A DNA stretch of 63,684 bases, the filler included, from Stramenopiles sp. TOSAG23-6 (taxonomy: Eukaryota), in NCBI GenBank assembly GCA_900128565.1. It is 8 parts of 8 records of this genome, joined end to end, with 100 filler letters (N's around TTAATTAATTAA, not from the genome) between each part and the next. Parts side by side here need not be neighbours in the genome. Positions count along the whole stretch, not along the records: positions 23,764 to 35,528 come from LT636242.1; positions 35,629 to 47,366 come from LT636243.1; 6 more parts are not named here. One strand, written 5' to 3'. Under the pieces are notes generated by a model that saw only the letters and a program-made list of their open reading frames with translations, searched no databases and was not told the DNA's origin. The translations under genes were made by a program, and so were the position numbers. Of this stretch, positions 33,793 through 45,754 are shown piece by piece (position 1 is the first letter of the stretch; every line of letters begins with the position of its first letter).

Positions 33793-35528
33793 ATGTTAAG
33801 AACATCACAGAAAAAATTCATGATAGCAAAATCAAGAGTTAAAACACTCACAACAACCAATGGACGAGGAGTTAGGTTAGGGTTAGGGTCTCTCCGTTCT
33901 CATCAACATGACTTTTCTTCTCTTGTACCATTTCGTACCATTCATCCAAGGATTTCAAGAACTAGATCTTTAAAAAGAACACACAATGGACATCACTATT
34001 GTAGCTCTATATCTACTCAAAGAAATTATGGACAACGTCGACTATACAGCATGAGTAAAGGACATGGTAGAGGACGTGGTCAAGGACGTGGTAGTCATTG
34101 TAGTAGTGGGAATACACTTGGAACAATGGATAGAGGAAGAGGACGTGGAGGTAGAGGACGTAGTAGTGGGAATACACTTGGAACAATAGAGTTGTTAAGA
34201 AACAAGACTGTCCAAGAGAAATTAAATCAACGTCGTCCAATGTNTCCTCAATTGTTACGTACCTATCAAACATATTTTGAAGAATTATTGGATGCTGAGT
34301 TAGAAGCTGCAAAAGAACAAATACATTCAAGATTACGTCATTGGGATGTAAAACAACTTGTGAATGAAGGATACACAGTAACTCATCTAAAAGCATTATG
34401 TGTAAAACAAACAAATCATTTTTCAGTTCATTTATTTTTAGATAATTCTGCCTCATCATCAGTTCAACAAGTTTCTTGTACTACAACACAAAATAAACAA
34501 AATGAGCAAAATAAACAAAATAAACAAAACATACAAAACACAGGTAAAAAACATAAATTTACTCCTGGATCTACATGTACATTTTGTTTATCAACAGTGA
34601 ATCCAATTGAGTTTTTACAAAGTAATCATATAAAAAATGTAAAAAATGTAAAAAATGTAAAAAATGTAAAAAATGACGAAATAAAGCCTAAAATACAAAA
34701 TTATGTTGCGAATGGACGAGTACAAACAAAATCAGTAGATGGAAGTATTTTAACAATACAATTAAACGCTTCTGATATTCACTCTTTAGGTGGTCAACAA
34801 TTTATTAATAACAATATGTGGCGTTTAGATGTACGTTTTTTTTTTTTTTTGGTTTTCATACGACATTTTGTACCTAACGAATTTTTTGAAATATTTTTTT
34901 AGATTTTTTTTTTTTAAATTTCAAAAAAAAACAATTTCATACCTAACAAATCTTGAGTATATTATAATTTTTCACATTTCATGTTGCAGCGAATGAAATT
35001 TCTCATTCAAGAATGAAAAATAGTTTGGAAAAATTTGGAAGTGGTATAGGTTCTGTTGATACTATAAAAAATACAGGATTTTATAATAAAAAAAACAAAA
35101 ATCAATGGCATGGACCTGATGATCTTCGACAACATATTGTTCATGTTGCTTCATCAGGTGGATATTTACCATTGAATACATCAAAAGACAATTTTGAAAC
35201 TGATTTTGAAAATAATAAAATATTGAGTGATCCAATGGAACGAAGTTTATTACTACAAAATAATCCAATGGAACGAAGTTTATTACTACAAAATAATCCA
35301 ATGGAACGAAGTTTATTACTACAAAATAATCCAATGGAACGAAGTTTATTACTACAAAATAATCCAATGGAACGAAGTTTATTACTACAAAATAATCCAA
35401 TGGAACGAAGTTTATTACTACAAAATAATCCAATGGAACGAAGTTTATTACTACAAAATAATCCAATGGAACGAAGTTTATTACTACAAAATAATCCAAT
35501 GGAACGAAGTTTATTACTACAAAATAAT
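33793..35528 (+). CDS. Probable Upf1/IGHMBP2-like SF1 helicase N-terminal part, 3'-truncated; exons 33793-34830, 34983-35528
   Basis: YFEELLDAELEA..RL..W....L..EG and spliced WRLD|VAANEISHSRMKNSL; helicase core not in window. Confidence 0.55.
34831..34982 (+). mobile_element. Introner-like intron GT..AT, flanks at/at; two TACCTAAC motifs
   Basis: gat|gtacgtttt...cacatttc-at|gtt gca. Confidence 0.8.
35230..35528 (+). repeat. Perfect 33-bp coding tandem repeat (NPMERSLLLQN), about 9 copies, running into gap
   Basis: aatccaatggaacgaagtttattactacaaaat repeated with no spacers. Confidence 0.95.
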
Positions 35529-35628
35529 NNNNNNNNNNNNNNNNNNNNNNNNNNNNNNNNNNNNNNNNNNNNTTAATTAATTAANNNNNNNNNNNNNNNN
35601 NNNNNNNNNNNNNNNNNNNNNNNNNNNN

Positions 35629-35819
35629 ATTTATTTTTCGTACGAAATTTTGTACCTAACAAATTTCGAATTTAATTTTTTTTTACAATACATGTACGTT
35701 TTTAAAATTGAATTTCGAAATTATTTTTTTTTTTAATTGAATTTCAAACGTTTGTTTTTTAAAGTAAATTTTTTACCTAACGATTGTTGTACAAAAAAAA
35801 GCATTTTTTCACAATACAT
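35629..35819 (+). mobile_element. Two back-to-back introner-like copies (..35693 and 35694-35819)
   Basis: ...tacaatac-at|gtacgtttt...acctaac...cacaatac-at|. Confidence 0.8.
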
Positions 35820-38800
35820 ATTTATATACATAGAAATCTCCAAATGCGGGAGAAAACACAAACAATGACAAATCACAGAGGTCTTTTTCTTATCAAAAGT
35901 TTTGTTTCTAAATATGAAATGTCAGCGCTACATCGAGGGTTTATGCGATGGAAACGTTTTAATTTAAAAATGATTAAATTAAAGCGGCATAAAGCAGCGA
36001 CTAAAATTCAAGTGAATGTTAAAATATGGCAATCTCGAAAATTAATTGATCAAATACGGAATGCAAAAACTCATTTATATGATGTATCTAGATTGTTTGC
36101 AATTCGGATCTGTGAGTGGGAAAGAGTTGCTCGTAAACAGAAAAATTCCAGAATGTTTGAATTGAATTTAGATTTAGTGAGACTTCGTAATATTAAAGTG
36201 TTACGAAAGAGTGCATTAAAGATGCAGCAAGTATATAGAGGTAGACTTGGTCGGAAAGACTTTTTGGATCACAAGAATCTTGTGAGTAAAGCACTGATGG
36301 TTCAATGCGCATGGCGATCCAAGCAAGGTCGTTTTTCTTTACATTTGAAAAAGGTAGCATATGCTCAGCGCCAAGAGGATGAACGAATTGCTTCGATAGA
36401 TATTCAGAGAATTCGAAGATCACAATTAGCGAGACGAGTTCGAGCATCCAAGCAAGCTGAACTTGATGCTTTCCATGCCAAACTAGATCATATTCAGGAT
36501 ACCTGGAAACGTCTACGGAGAACATACTTTAAGAAGTGTAATCATGCGAGTGCAATGATGGATGCTGATGAGGAATCCCGAGATCGTTGGTTGGCATTGC
36601 TTGCTAAACAAAAGGCAGCAGCTACTATTTGCCAGACTTGTATGCGTGCCTGGTACGCACGTGTCACATACAAAGTTCGTCGCTTTGCCTGGAATACATC
36701 TGCATCAATGTTACAACGGACGTGGCGCAAAGTTCTTGAAGCAAGGTCTCATACAGATGAGTACAAAGAACGAAGAGCAGCGTTGAGACTCAAAGCAATA
36801 GATGCACAGAATCTTCTTATCCCATGGGTTAATTTATACCCAGAATTAGTTCTGAAAGATGTTGGTCATTTGTTGAAGAAAGATCCATCTCAAGTAGGAT
36901 ACTATGAAATTAATTTACTCGAAAAGGCAGAAGTAAAATGGGCATCATTTCATGTAACCACATTGGCATCACTGGAAGTACAACGCGTATTTCGAGGATA
37001 TTTAGGTAAATGTAAACGTAGTCAGGCATTTACCCGGCGTATAATTTTATTACAGAAGCGACACAACTGGGCATCAGTTATTTGTCAAAAAATATATCGT
37101 GGTCATCAAGGCAGGAGATGGAGTAAATCGTTTGATCTACAACAGCAGACCAGAGAACTCTTAAAGGAACTACCAGCAAAACTTGATATTAAATTTGGAG
37201 TTCGTTCGATTATATCAAAACGATACCAGCAGCTTTGGTATGATCAACAAAATGTTCTAGATAAAGCTTTGAAGTGGGGCAGACAGCATATTATCGAAAC
37301 AGCTTCTGCTGGTTTATTCCAGAGAATTTACAGAGGACATCAAGGGAAACTCGCTTATTTAGCTCGCCTGGCTATATTTAATAAAGACTCACAAGACGCT
37401 CTAGAATACACATCATGTCGATGTATTCAGTGTATTTGGCGTGGTGTATTTAGTCGTCGCACCCGAGATGCAATTGGAGTTATTAAAAGAATATGGGCAC
37501 TCGATCATAAGAGATATCCACAAATATTAACTCGAAAAATGCGAGAAATAGTGAATCTTCCACCAACAAGACTCAGTTTTGTTCAAATTGCTCGACTTCA
37601 CAGTGTAGCTGATGAGTGGGTATTATACACGCGTATGTACGTTTTCATCCTCTCAATTTAGAACTTATTTCTTTCGTAGAAAATTTTGTACTAAACATGA
37701 AATTTTTGAAATATTTTTTCACAATACATGGATATGGCAGCGCTTCGTGTTCAGAGGCGTTTCAGAGGGTTAAAGGGACGTTACTCATACATGTTAGTCC
37801 TCCAAGCCCGTAAAGAGCGTGTACGTTTTTAACATTCATTTCCAAATTTATTTTTGTATCGTACGAAATTTCGTACCTAACAATAAAAACTCAAAAAAAA
37901 AAATTCACAATACATGAACACGACCGAGCTGTCTGGGCAGCGAAACTAGTACAAAGAAACTATCGTGGGAGAAGTCATCGAATGAGTTTCATGCGATTAC
38001 TGCGTAAAGCCAAAGAGGATAAGATGAGAAAGCAATATAAAGAAGAGAGACGGGCAGAAATTGAACAAGAGAAATTCAAAATGCAATTAGAATATGAGGA
38101 GAAACGAGCACGTGTAGTTTTACTACATAAACAGAGACTTAAACAGCAAAAGATGAAAGTTGATTTAGCATGGAAAAAGCAACAGGCGAAGTTTGCCAAA
38201 GAAATGCTCCAAGCAACAAAAGAGGATCAGGATTATTTACACGATGTTCGCGTATTAAATGCTTGGCGCCAATATGCTGAAGCAGATGGTAGGGTGTACT
38301 ACCACAATGAACTTACTGGTGAATCTACATTTAATCCTCCTCCACATTGGAAGTATCCAAATGACGAGCCTAACAAATTATTATACTGGAAGAATTTCGG
38401 TGCTGTTAAGATTGCCGGAACTCAAACAATGTCCTTAGAAGAAGAAAATATATGTGGACACTGTCACTCAAACACTGTTCGTCGCGAATGCCATCAATGT
38501 GTTTCACGTTTTTGTGTTCCTTGTTACACGAAGTATCATCAAGAACCTGAAAGACAAGGACATACATATAAAATTGTTGAACCTATGGCTGCGCGAACTC
38601 TTAAATGTATTGAATGCGAATTTGCCCCCGCTGTTGTGCGTTGTAAGCAGTGTGAAGACGTATACTGCAAAGCTTGTTACCAAGATGTACATAGCAGAGG
38701 ACAGCGTACTAAACATACTTATGATGAATTTAAAGAAGGTGCAAAACTCTGTGTTGAATGTGATAAAGACTTTGCTACAAAAAAATGTCAACAATGTGGA

Positions 38801-39637
38801 GATGTATTTTGCGAGTCCTGTTCCAAAACGACTCATGCAAAAGGTAAAATGGTTGAACATACCATGCACGATCTTGATCCCTACGTGGCAGATAAACTTC
38901 TCAAGGGACAAGAATACTGTTCGGAATGTGAAGCTCGTGTTGCTATACGTGTCTGCGACCAATGCATTGATGCATTTTGCGGTCCCTGTTTTGATGCTGT
39001 TCATTCAAAAGGCAAACGAGCATTACATACATACACTGCGTATGAGAAGACAGGACGTGCCAGTGGTTGGGAAGAATATTGGGACGACGAAAAACAAAAG
39101 TATGTCTATTTTAATAAAATTACTAAAGAACAAAGAAGTACAAAACCTATTGAACTCATGGGTATTGATGAACGTGATGCATTTGTTCGTCAGCAACGTG
39201 AAGAAATACAGAAAGCAAAGATGGAAGCAAGTATTGTGAAACTAGAAACTCAACTCAAAGAAGAGTCTGAATTGCGAGCAAAAGCAGAAAAGAAGGCGAA
39301 GAAACTTCAGGATGAAAAAGAAGCAAAGGAGAGAATTAGAACGAATTTCAAACAAGGTGTGAAAAGTATAAAGCGCAAAATGATGTTTGGTAAAAGAGCG
39401 GCGGACATGCAAATGTTTGAAGAGGAAGAATTCCTACGCAAAACTGTTTTGGATAAAAATTATACTGCAGATAAGTATAAAGGAGATCTATTAAATGAAT
39501 TAGAAGATGATCGAGTTCAAGAACGCAAAGAAGCACACGCAAAAGCTAAAATAGAACGTGCCAGAATGAAAAAAGATCAAGTTGCAGATCAGTATGGTAA
39601 TGACGATGATGATTTTGAGGATGACTTCATTGATTAA
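35820..39637 (+). CDS. Large IQ-motif, WW and B-box zinc-finger protein, 5'-partial; exons 35820-37636, 37730-37820, 37916-39637
   Basis: Many Q..(Y/F/W)RG..GR IQ motifs; WW (WRQY..GRVYYHN..TGEST; GWEEYWD..YFN); four CxxC..CxxC..CxxC..H..H B-boxes. Confidence 0.85.
37637..37729 (+). mobile_element. Introner-like intron GT..AT, flanks at/at
   Basis: cgt at|gtacgtttt...cacaatac-at|g gat atg; next exon encodes an IQ motif. Confidence 0.88.
37821..37915 (+). mobile_element. Introner-like intron GT..AT (flanks gt/at)
   Basis: gag cgt|gtacgtttt...gtacgaaatttcgtacctaac...cacaatac-at|gaa. Confidence 0.88.
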
Positions 39638-39776
39638 TTTACTCATGTACCTTTGAAATAAATTTGTATTGCATGAAGATTTTATTATAAAATGAAACGC
39701 CCGATTTGAGGGAAACAGTTTTTACCGCTCTTTGTAACACTTCTTCATTTAATGGTATATATATATTATAAGGCAG

Positions 39777-39857
39777 GTACATTTTTTTTTTTTTTTNTTT
39801 CGTACTAAATTTTGTACCTAACATTTTTTTTTGATCAATTAGTAAATTGTACTTCAG
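39777..39857 (+). mobile_element. Introner-like copy GT..AG (flanks ag/ag) in probable 3' UTR
   Basis: gcag|gtacattt...cgtactaaattttgtacctaac...acttc-ag|. Confidence 0.65.
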
Positions 39858-39894
39858 AGGTTCAGAGGGCAAGTGCTATGAAATAGCATTAAAA

Positions 39895-42489
39895 TCACAT
39901 CAAATCATTATCATTTTGCATCAGTGCATTACCAAATCTAAAAACAATAGCATAGCTAAAATCATTTTTACCATACCAGCCAATGTTATTCGCTTTATTA
40001 TTCCTTCCAGGGCTACTTTTATGATCAATAATTTGTGCATCTTCCCACCATTCATTTTCACGTATTTGTCCCTCGGACTGTTCTGTATTTTTGAAATGAT
40101 TTGTATTATTTGTATTATTTGTATTTTTTGTATTGAAATAATTGCCCACATCAAGAGAAGAATCTTCATCCCAAGGAGGCGACGTGTGTTGTAATTCAAT
40201 TCTACACGTAACTTTCTTAAGTCCACGAAATTTGCAAGTATTGTGAAAAAATATTTTTTTTTCGTAAAAAAAAAAAATTCGTTAGGTACAAAATGTGTGT
40301 AGTAAAAAAATAAAATTTCAAATTCAATTTTGAAAACATATAATTCCAGCAACATTTGGGCAAAGAATCTATTTTTTCTTTCATACGTTTTTTTTCTAGT
40401 TTTTTCATTCTCATTTTTTCAAGTCTTAAAAATTCTTTTCTATTATTTGACGAAGATTTCGTTAAAGAACATTTTAATACATTTCGTGTACTTCGACGTT
40501 TCACAGGACTTTTATATTGATGTATACCCAATATTGTACCAAATGTTGTCCCTTCCGAATTTTTTATGAGTCGTTTGACATTTTGAATTTTTGATGGACT
40601 TTTCGTGCGGCTTCGAAGTTTTCTATATTGAGACTTTTTTACAGTTTTTAGAGGGATGTATTGAAAGAGAATATGCCATAAAAAAATATCGTTAGGTACA
40701 ATTTTTTTTTTTTTTTTTTTTTTTTANGNAAAAAAAAATAAATTAAAAATTTAAATATTGAAAACATACATATCTCGAAAGCGACAACCTTGTGTATCTT
40801 CAAGACTTTTGAGCATTTTACTTGATTTCCCATTGATGATTTCAGTGACTTCTTTTGTTGCACAATGAAGTTTACATCCCTCACTTAAAGCTAATTTTTT
40901 CAGGGTAGATTTTCTTCTCTTTTTTGATAATTCACATTTTGACAATGATTTTTTTTTCTTATTTCTAACTCTATTTTTATTGATATTGATTTCAACTTCC
41001 TTATTCATATCCTTGTACGTATTAATACGCAAATGATCGATTTCGCGTATCATATCTTGGTTTATAATTTGATCATCCACCATGCACTGTAAAAAAATAT
41101 GTTTTTTTTGTAAAAATAATGTTTGGGACAAAACTGTTTTTATGGAAAAAAAAAATGTTAGGTACGGAATTTCGTACGAAACAAAATTCAATTTTGAAAA
41201 CATACACATCTTTTAAAGCCTCAACGTCCTCAGTTGGCGATAAAACACGAATAGCATGTTTACATAAACAACGCCCTTCACCATATCTTGAAATATCGCT
41301 CATTACGTAACCAGAGCCACAACTCTGAGTCCAAGATGCAGATTTATCACCCATAACCAATGTTTTGTGAAAAAAAAGTTTTTTTTTTTTGATTTTTTTG
41401 TTAGGTACGAAATTTTTATAAAAAACAAAATAACTTTTTGTATGAAAAAAAAACGTACTTGAAACTTCACGTAAACATGGTCCTAAAGTTACACCAACAA
41501 TAATATGACCACCATTGGTAAATGGATCTTGATGAAGTCCTCGCTTACTTTTACGTCCCATACTTTGACGAATGAGTTGTTAAAAATATATATTTTTTTT
41601 TCGTTAAAAAAATCGTCAGGTACGAAATTTTCTATGAAAAAAAAAAAAAAGATATTCATGATGAAAACGTACATGAGTTGTACTACGTGAAGCGGCGCTG
41701 TTCCAATCTCATTTGAAAAATGGCGGCGTACTATTGCTGCAGCTTCATCAAGTATTGTACCTTCAACACGCGGGGCACTATCTCCTAATTGGTATTGATT
41801 GGATGAACCACTCTTTACCCAAGAACGAGCACAAGTATTGTGAAAAAATATTTCAAAACAAAATCGTTAGGTACGAAATTTCGTATGAAAACCAAAAAAA
41901 AAAAATTAAATTAGAAATTCATATAAAACATACACATTGGTAAATTTAATTTCTCCTGTGCTTCAAACTCTTCCTCTAAAGCTTCAGTTTTGCACCACAG
42001 TTCCCACATTCCTTCCTTGGCAAGCTTAAATAGTGGGCGATGAGCACGACTGCTTCGGGTGGGTATTTTTGAAGAATTATGGTTTTCAAAATTTTGAAAG
42101 TAACGAACAATTCTTCTGCACATCTGAGGGTCAAATATATCCGAAGACGCATTGAAACCGCGCTCTTTGAAATACTGGCGCTCTTGATGTCGTAGAAATG
42201 CGCGTTTACGCCGTTCTTGCTTCTGGAGCTTGAAAGAGATCAACAAAAATGAGACGATAATCAAAAGTAATCCAACACATTTAAAATATAGTACATAATT
42301 TGTTGACACCACTTTGTTGAAGAGTGTAATAACGAATGATAACTGATTAAATACAGTGCTGTGAGCTGTCTTAAAGTCGTCATTTATAAATGGCATGATT
42401 GAAAATGCCACTATCAGTACAAACAAAGTAAAAATTGAAATTAACGTATAATCATATCTATATTTTTTGAGCTTTTTAGCATTAGCCAT
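39895..42489 (-). CDS. Membrane-anchored protein with AlkB-like 2OG-Fe(II) oxygenase domain; 7 exons
   Basis: Two N-terminal TMs; spliced GLHQD..IVGVTLG..GSGYVM..SRY..KHAI (HxD..H); frame continuous after removing six inserts. Confidence 0.6.
40236..40341 (-). mobile_element. Introner-like intron starting AT, ending TT, flanks tt/tt
   Basis: aat t|atatgtttt...gtacctaac...cacaatac-tt|gc aaa. Confidence 0.75.
40656..40769 (-). mobile_element. Introner-like intron GT..AT, flanks at/at
   Basis: gat at|gtatg...tcaatac-at|c cct. Confidence 0.85.
41082..41205 (-). mobile_element. Introner-like intron GT..AT (flanks gt/at)
   Basis: gat gt|gtatg...tacagtgc-at|g gtg. Confidence 0.75.
41360..41458 (-). 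mobile_element. Introner-like intron GT..AT (flanks aa/at)
   Basis: tca a|gtacg...cacaaaac-at|tg gtt. Confidence 0.8.
41572..41672 (-). mobile_element. Introner-like intron GT..AT, flanks at/at
   Basis: ctc at|gtacg...acaactc-at|t cgt. Confidence 0.8.
41833..41933 (-). mobile_element. Introner-like intron GT..TT (flanks gt/tt)
   Basis: atg t|gtatg...cacaatac-tt|gt gct. Confidence 0.82.
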
Positions 42490-42990
42490 TCGCAATACAA
42501 TGATGTGGGAGAAAGAAAGAGAGAGAGAGAGAGTTGGAGAAGAGAGAGACTGCAATAACTCAGATGATGTCTCCAATCAATCGCACTCACAAATTGAAGC
42601 GTTAAAATAAAAAATAAACGTACGACGACGAGTCAACGTACGTCAACGACGTCATACCGTAACCACAATGTCATTATAAATTATAATCAAAGAATAAAAA
42701 ACAAAGTCAAGAGTATACAAAATAAATATAACGCTTTATAAAAACACCTCACATTATAAACACTATTATAAACACTTTTCGACTTTGACTTGCAGCATAT
42801 CCCGTGCAAGCAGATCACAATACATTCTCACACTAAATGTATCTTATACACACCCACATCATACATATATGTAGACACATCATACATATGTAGACACATC
42901 ATTTTGCAAACTCCCAATTTTGACTCCCGGGATTGGCTTCTTTTTATAGACAGTTGTTACAAAACCCCCTGGTACATTTGCCGGGGTTTA

Positions 42991-44589
42991 TTAGCACTTG
43001 CCGCACTTGCAGTTCGCCAAACCCCCAACTTTTGCAAAACCCCCAACTTCATTTGACGGTTTGGAGTTTATTGGCCTTTCTACAATAGGTATACCAGTTT
43101 CTCCCCATAAATCCCCATAATTGGACGAAGGAGGTGCAGCAGGTCGCCTGAGTATTATTCTTTTCCGAGTCCTTTTCTTTTCCGGAGTTTTCTCTTGTTT
43201 TTCTGTTGGTGCTGCTAGTCGTGCTGGTTGAGCTGGTGCTTCTACTTCTTTGATAGTAGAAGCAACATCTTCTCTTGCAGCTGCTTCGTTACCAACGCCT
43301 CCTTCTGTTACGGTTAGATCTTTTTCTTTCATTGGTGCTGCTGGTTGAGCTGCAACTTTTTCTACTTCTTCGATCAATCGGGAGACCCTTTGCACTTCAT
43401 CTTCTATTTGTTGTGCTGCCTCTTGTTGCGGTGGTGGTGCCGGTTGAGCTGCTGGTTGAGCTGGTCTCTTTTGTGCTTCTACTGCAGCTGCATCTTTTGC
43501 TTTTGGCCCTTCTGCTTCTGCTGTTGGAATTTCATTAGCACATTTACCACACTTACAAGCTTTTTTTCCTGGTGCTGATGCTGCAGGAGATCGCCGTTTA
43601 TCGACACCACCAGCTTCCACANCANCAGCAGTAGAAGCAACACCTGCTTCTGCTTCTGCTGTTGAATTTGTTACGGTTGGTTTTTTTTCTTTTACCAAAG
43701 TTGAATTATCACGTGCTGCATCTGGTGGTGCTAGTTGAGCTGCTGCTCCTTCTGCTGCCGCTGTTGTCTTTTGTGCTTCTCCTGCAACTGCTTCTTTTTC
43801 TTTTGACCCTTTTGCTTTTGCTGTTGGAATTTCATTATTACAGTTACCACACTCACAGGGCTTAGCTGGTGGAGGTCGCTGATTATCAACACCACCAGCT
43901 TCCACAGCATCAGCAGTAGAAGCAACACCTGCTTCTGCTTCTGCTGTTGAATTTGTTACGTTTACCGAAGTTGAATTATCACGACAATCATCACAACCAC
44001 AACCATTAGAACCACTCATCAATTGTTTCAATATTTTTGTAGTGGAACTCGCCATTTTCTTAAAGTCAGCTGTGTTAATCTGTTTTTCGGAAGCGTTGAG
44101 CTCAAAATCGAATTTTACAGATCCTTGGCTAACATTTATTCCAGAACTTCCACGAATAATTGTAAAGTTGCGCTCTTCGTAAAATTTGAGTATTGCCCTT
44201 TTCTCGTCATCGTAGGAGTTAGTAGGTGAGTATTCAACATCAATAGTCAAAGATTGAGGCACAGTGTAATTTTTAGCTTTCTTAGGAAGAAATAATACAC
44301 ACAATAATAATCCCAAAGCACACGCGACTGCAATAATAGCACCAATAAGTATACGGTTCATTCTCCTAGAGCCCACAGATTTTTCTTCGTCTGTAGAAGT
44401 CACAGGTGTCTTTGGAGTTACAACGTCTCTGTTCACAGGTACACCAACTTTTGGTGTTAATGTTGTCACTGCACCTATATTGCTTTCGATATCATTTCCT
44501 TCCATTTTCTGCATGGATACTGCTCCGGTAGAAGCATTTGCATCCTCAAGATCAGAGACAACTACTGGTAAATCACTCTTAGTATTCAT
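42991..44589 (-). CDS. Type II membrane protein with Ala/Pro/Glu-rich internal duplications and short Cys motifs
   Basis: Single TM (ILIGAIIAVACALGLLLCVLFL); duplicated VTNSTAEAEAGVASTA..C.CG.C.NEIPTA block. Confidence 0.7.
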   Translation of the reverse strand: MNTKSDLPVVVSDLEDANASTGAVSMQKMEGNDIESNIGAVTTLTPKVGVPVNRDVVTPKTPVTSTDEEKSVGSRRMNRILIGAIIAVACALGLLLCVLFLPKKAKNYTVPQSLTIDVEYSPTNSYDDEKRAILKFYEERNFTIIRGSSGINVSQGSVKFDFELNASEKQINTADFKKMASSTTKILKQLMSGSNGCGCDDCRDNSTSVNVTNSTAEAEAGVASTADAVEAGGVDNQRPPPAKPCECGNCNNEIPTAKAKGSKEKEAVAGEAQKTTAAAEGAAAQLAPPDAARDNSTLVKEKKPTVTNSTAEAEAGVASTAXXVEAGGVDKRRSPAASAPGKKACKCGKCANEIPTAEAEGPKAKDAAAVEAQKRPAQPAAQPAPPPQQEAAQQIEDEVQRVSRLIEEVEKVAAQPAAPMKEKDLTVTEGGVGNEAAAREDVASTIKEVEAPAQPARLAAPTEKQEKTPEKKRTRKRIILRRPAAPPSSNYGDLWGETGIPIVERPINSKPSNEVGGFAKVGGLANCKCGKC

Positions 44590-44916
44590 TTTCACAATTT
44601 TCAAGGGTAAGTATTTTCAATTGTAAGTATTATTTACTTCACGACGAATCGCTACAGCTGTGGGGTAGCAATCGCTACAGCTGTGGTAGCTAAAATGCTA
44701 AAATGAATGGCTGGCTTTATTTGTGTTGTTTACACGAAATATTGATGCCTTGATTTCGTGTTACAATTTTTAATAATAATTAATTTAAATCTTTGATTCA
44801 ATCGGGACTTTAGATACCCAAGAGCGGAGAATCAGACACCAAAGTACTTGGATGCCTTAGTAAACTTCAAATGAATGAACTGCCGAAAGTAAAAAGATAC
44901 TCTTCAGACCATTAAT

Positions 44917-45474
44917 ATGCCAACTAAAATTGCCGAATACAATTGCACCAATCGATGCCGTATGCACAACAATACAAAGTACAAAGATAAATGCAGCGAC
45001 TACGCTTTGAAACTAATATACGATTTGATCAATAAGGTCACAGTTAAAGATTGTACAAAGTCAGAGGGTTCAGTCGATAGCGACTTTATACGTTCTAATA
45101 TAGATATGCTGGAAGTAATTGGAGAAAGTATGTATCATGTACATCATAAAGTGGATGTCATTGCCGAAGATAATTTGCGGCGAGAACTCGTTGAACATTA
45201 TTTCCCATTCTTGGAGGCAAATGGGTCGAAAATTTCTGATCTCATCATGAAAGTTTGGGACGCTACAGATACCTGCATTCAACTCAATTTATCAGTCACT
45301 ACAGAGAAAGAGCACATTCGCGCAGTGGATTTTGTCGAACAAATATTGAATCAACTACATAGAAGAAAAGAAGCAGCGGATAATAACAGTAAAAGGATCT
45401 TCAACGAAATTTGTCGTTTAATGAAGGAAAGACGTCAAAACAAGCCAAGACGTACAGACATGCGCTGTGCTTAA
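44917..45474 (+). CDS. Hypothetical protein
   Basis: 185-aa ORF with globular-looking composition; no recognised motif. Confidence 0.45.
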   Translation: MPTKIAEYNCTNRCRMHNNTKYKDKCSDYALKLIYDLINKVTVKDCTKSEGSVDSDFIRSNIDMLEVIGESMYHVHHKVDVIAEDNLRRELVEHYFPFLEANGSKISDLIMKVWDATDTCIQLNLSVTTEKEHIRAVDFVEQILNQLHRRKEAADNNSKRIFNEICRLMKERRQNKPRRTDMRCA

Positions 45475-45754
45475 AACCTCCACGCACCGAAATAATACCA
45501 CACTCCCACCATCACCAGTAGTGAAGACAAACTACTCCCAATGAACAAAAACTATGTATAACATACGTGTAATTATTGTAAAGCCAGGTCCTTATCGTTC
45601 TAGTTTTTCGAACATATTTTATCATGCCTCGTGAGAGTCAAAATTGGTATACATTGCACAAAACTCATTCATTTTATTGTTTAGTATACAAATTTGGAAT
45701 CAAACTTTATAAATTTCATGATAAGAACAAAAAAATTTTCATTTTATTTTTTTA

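Noticed and set aside
35230-35528. CRISPR-like array
   Set aside because: Head-to-tail repeats with no unique spacers, in frame within a eukaryotic ORF; no cas genes.
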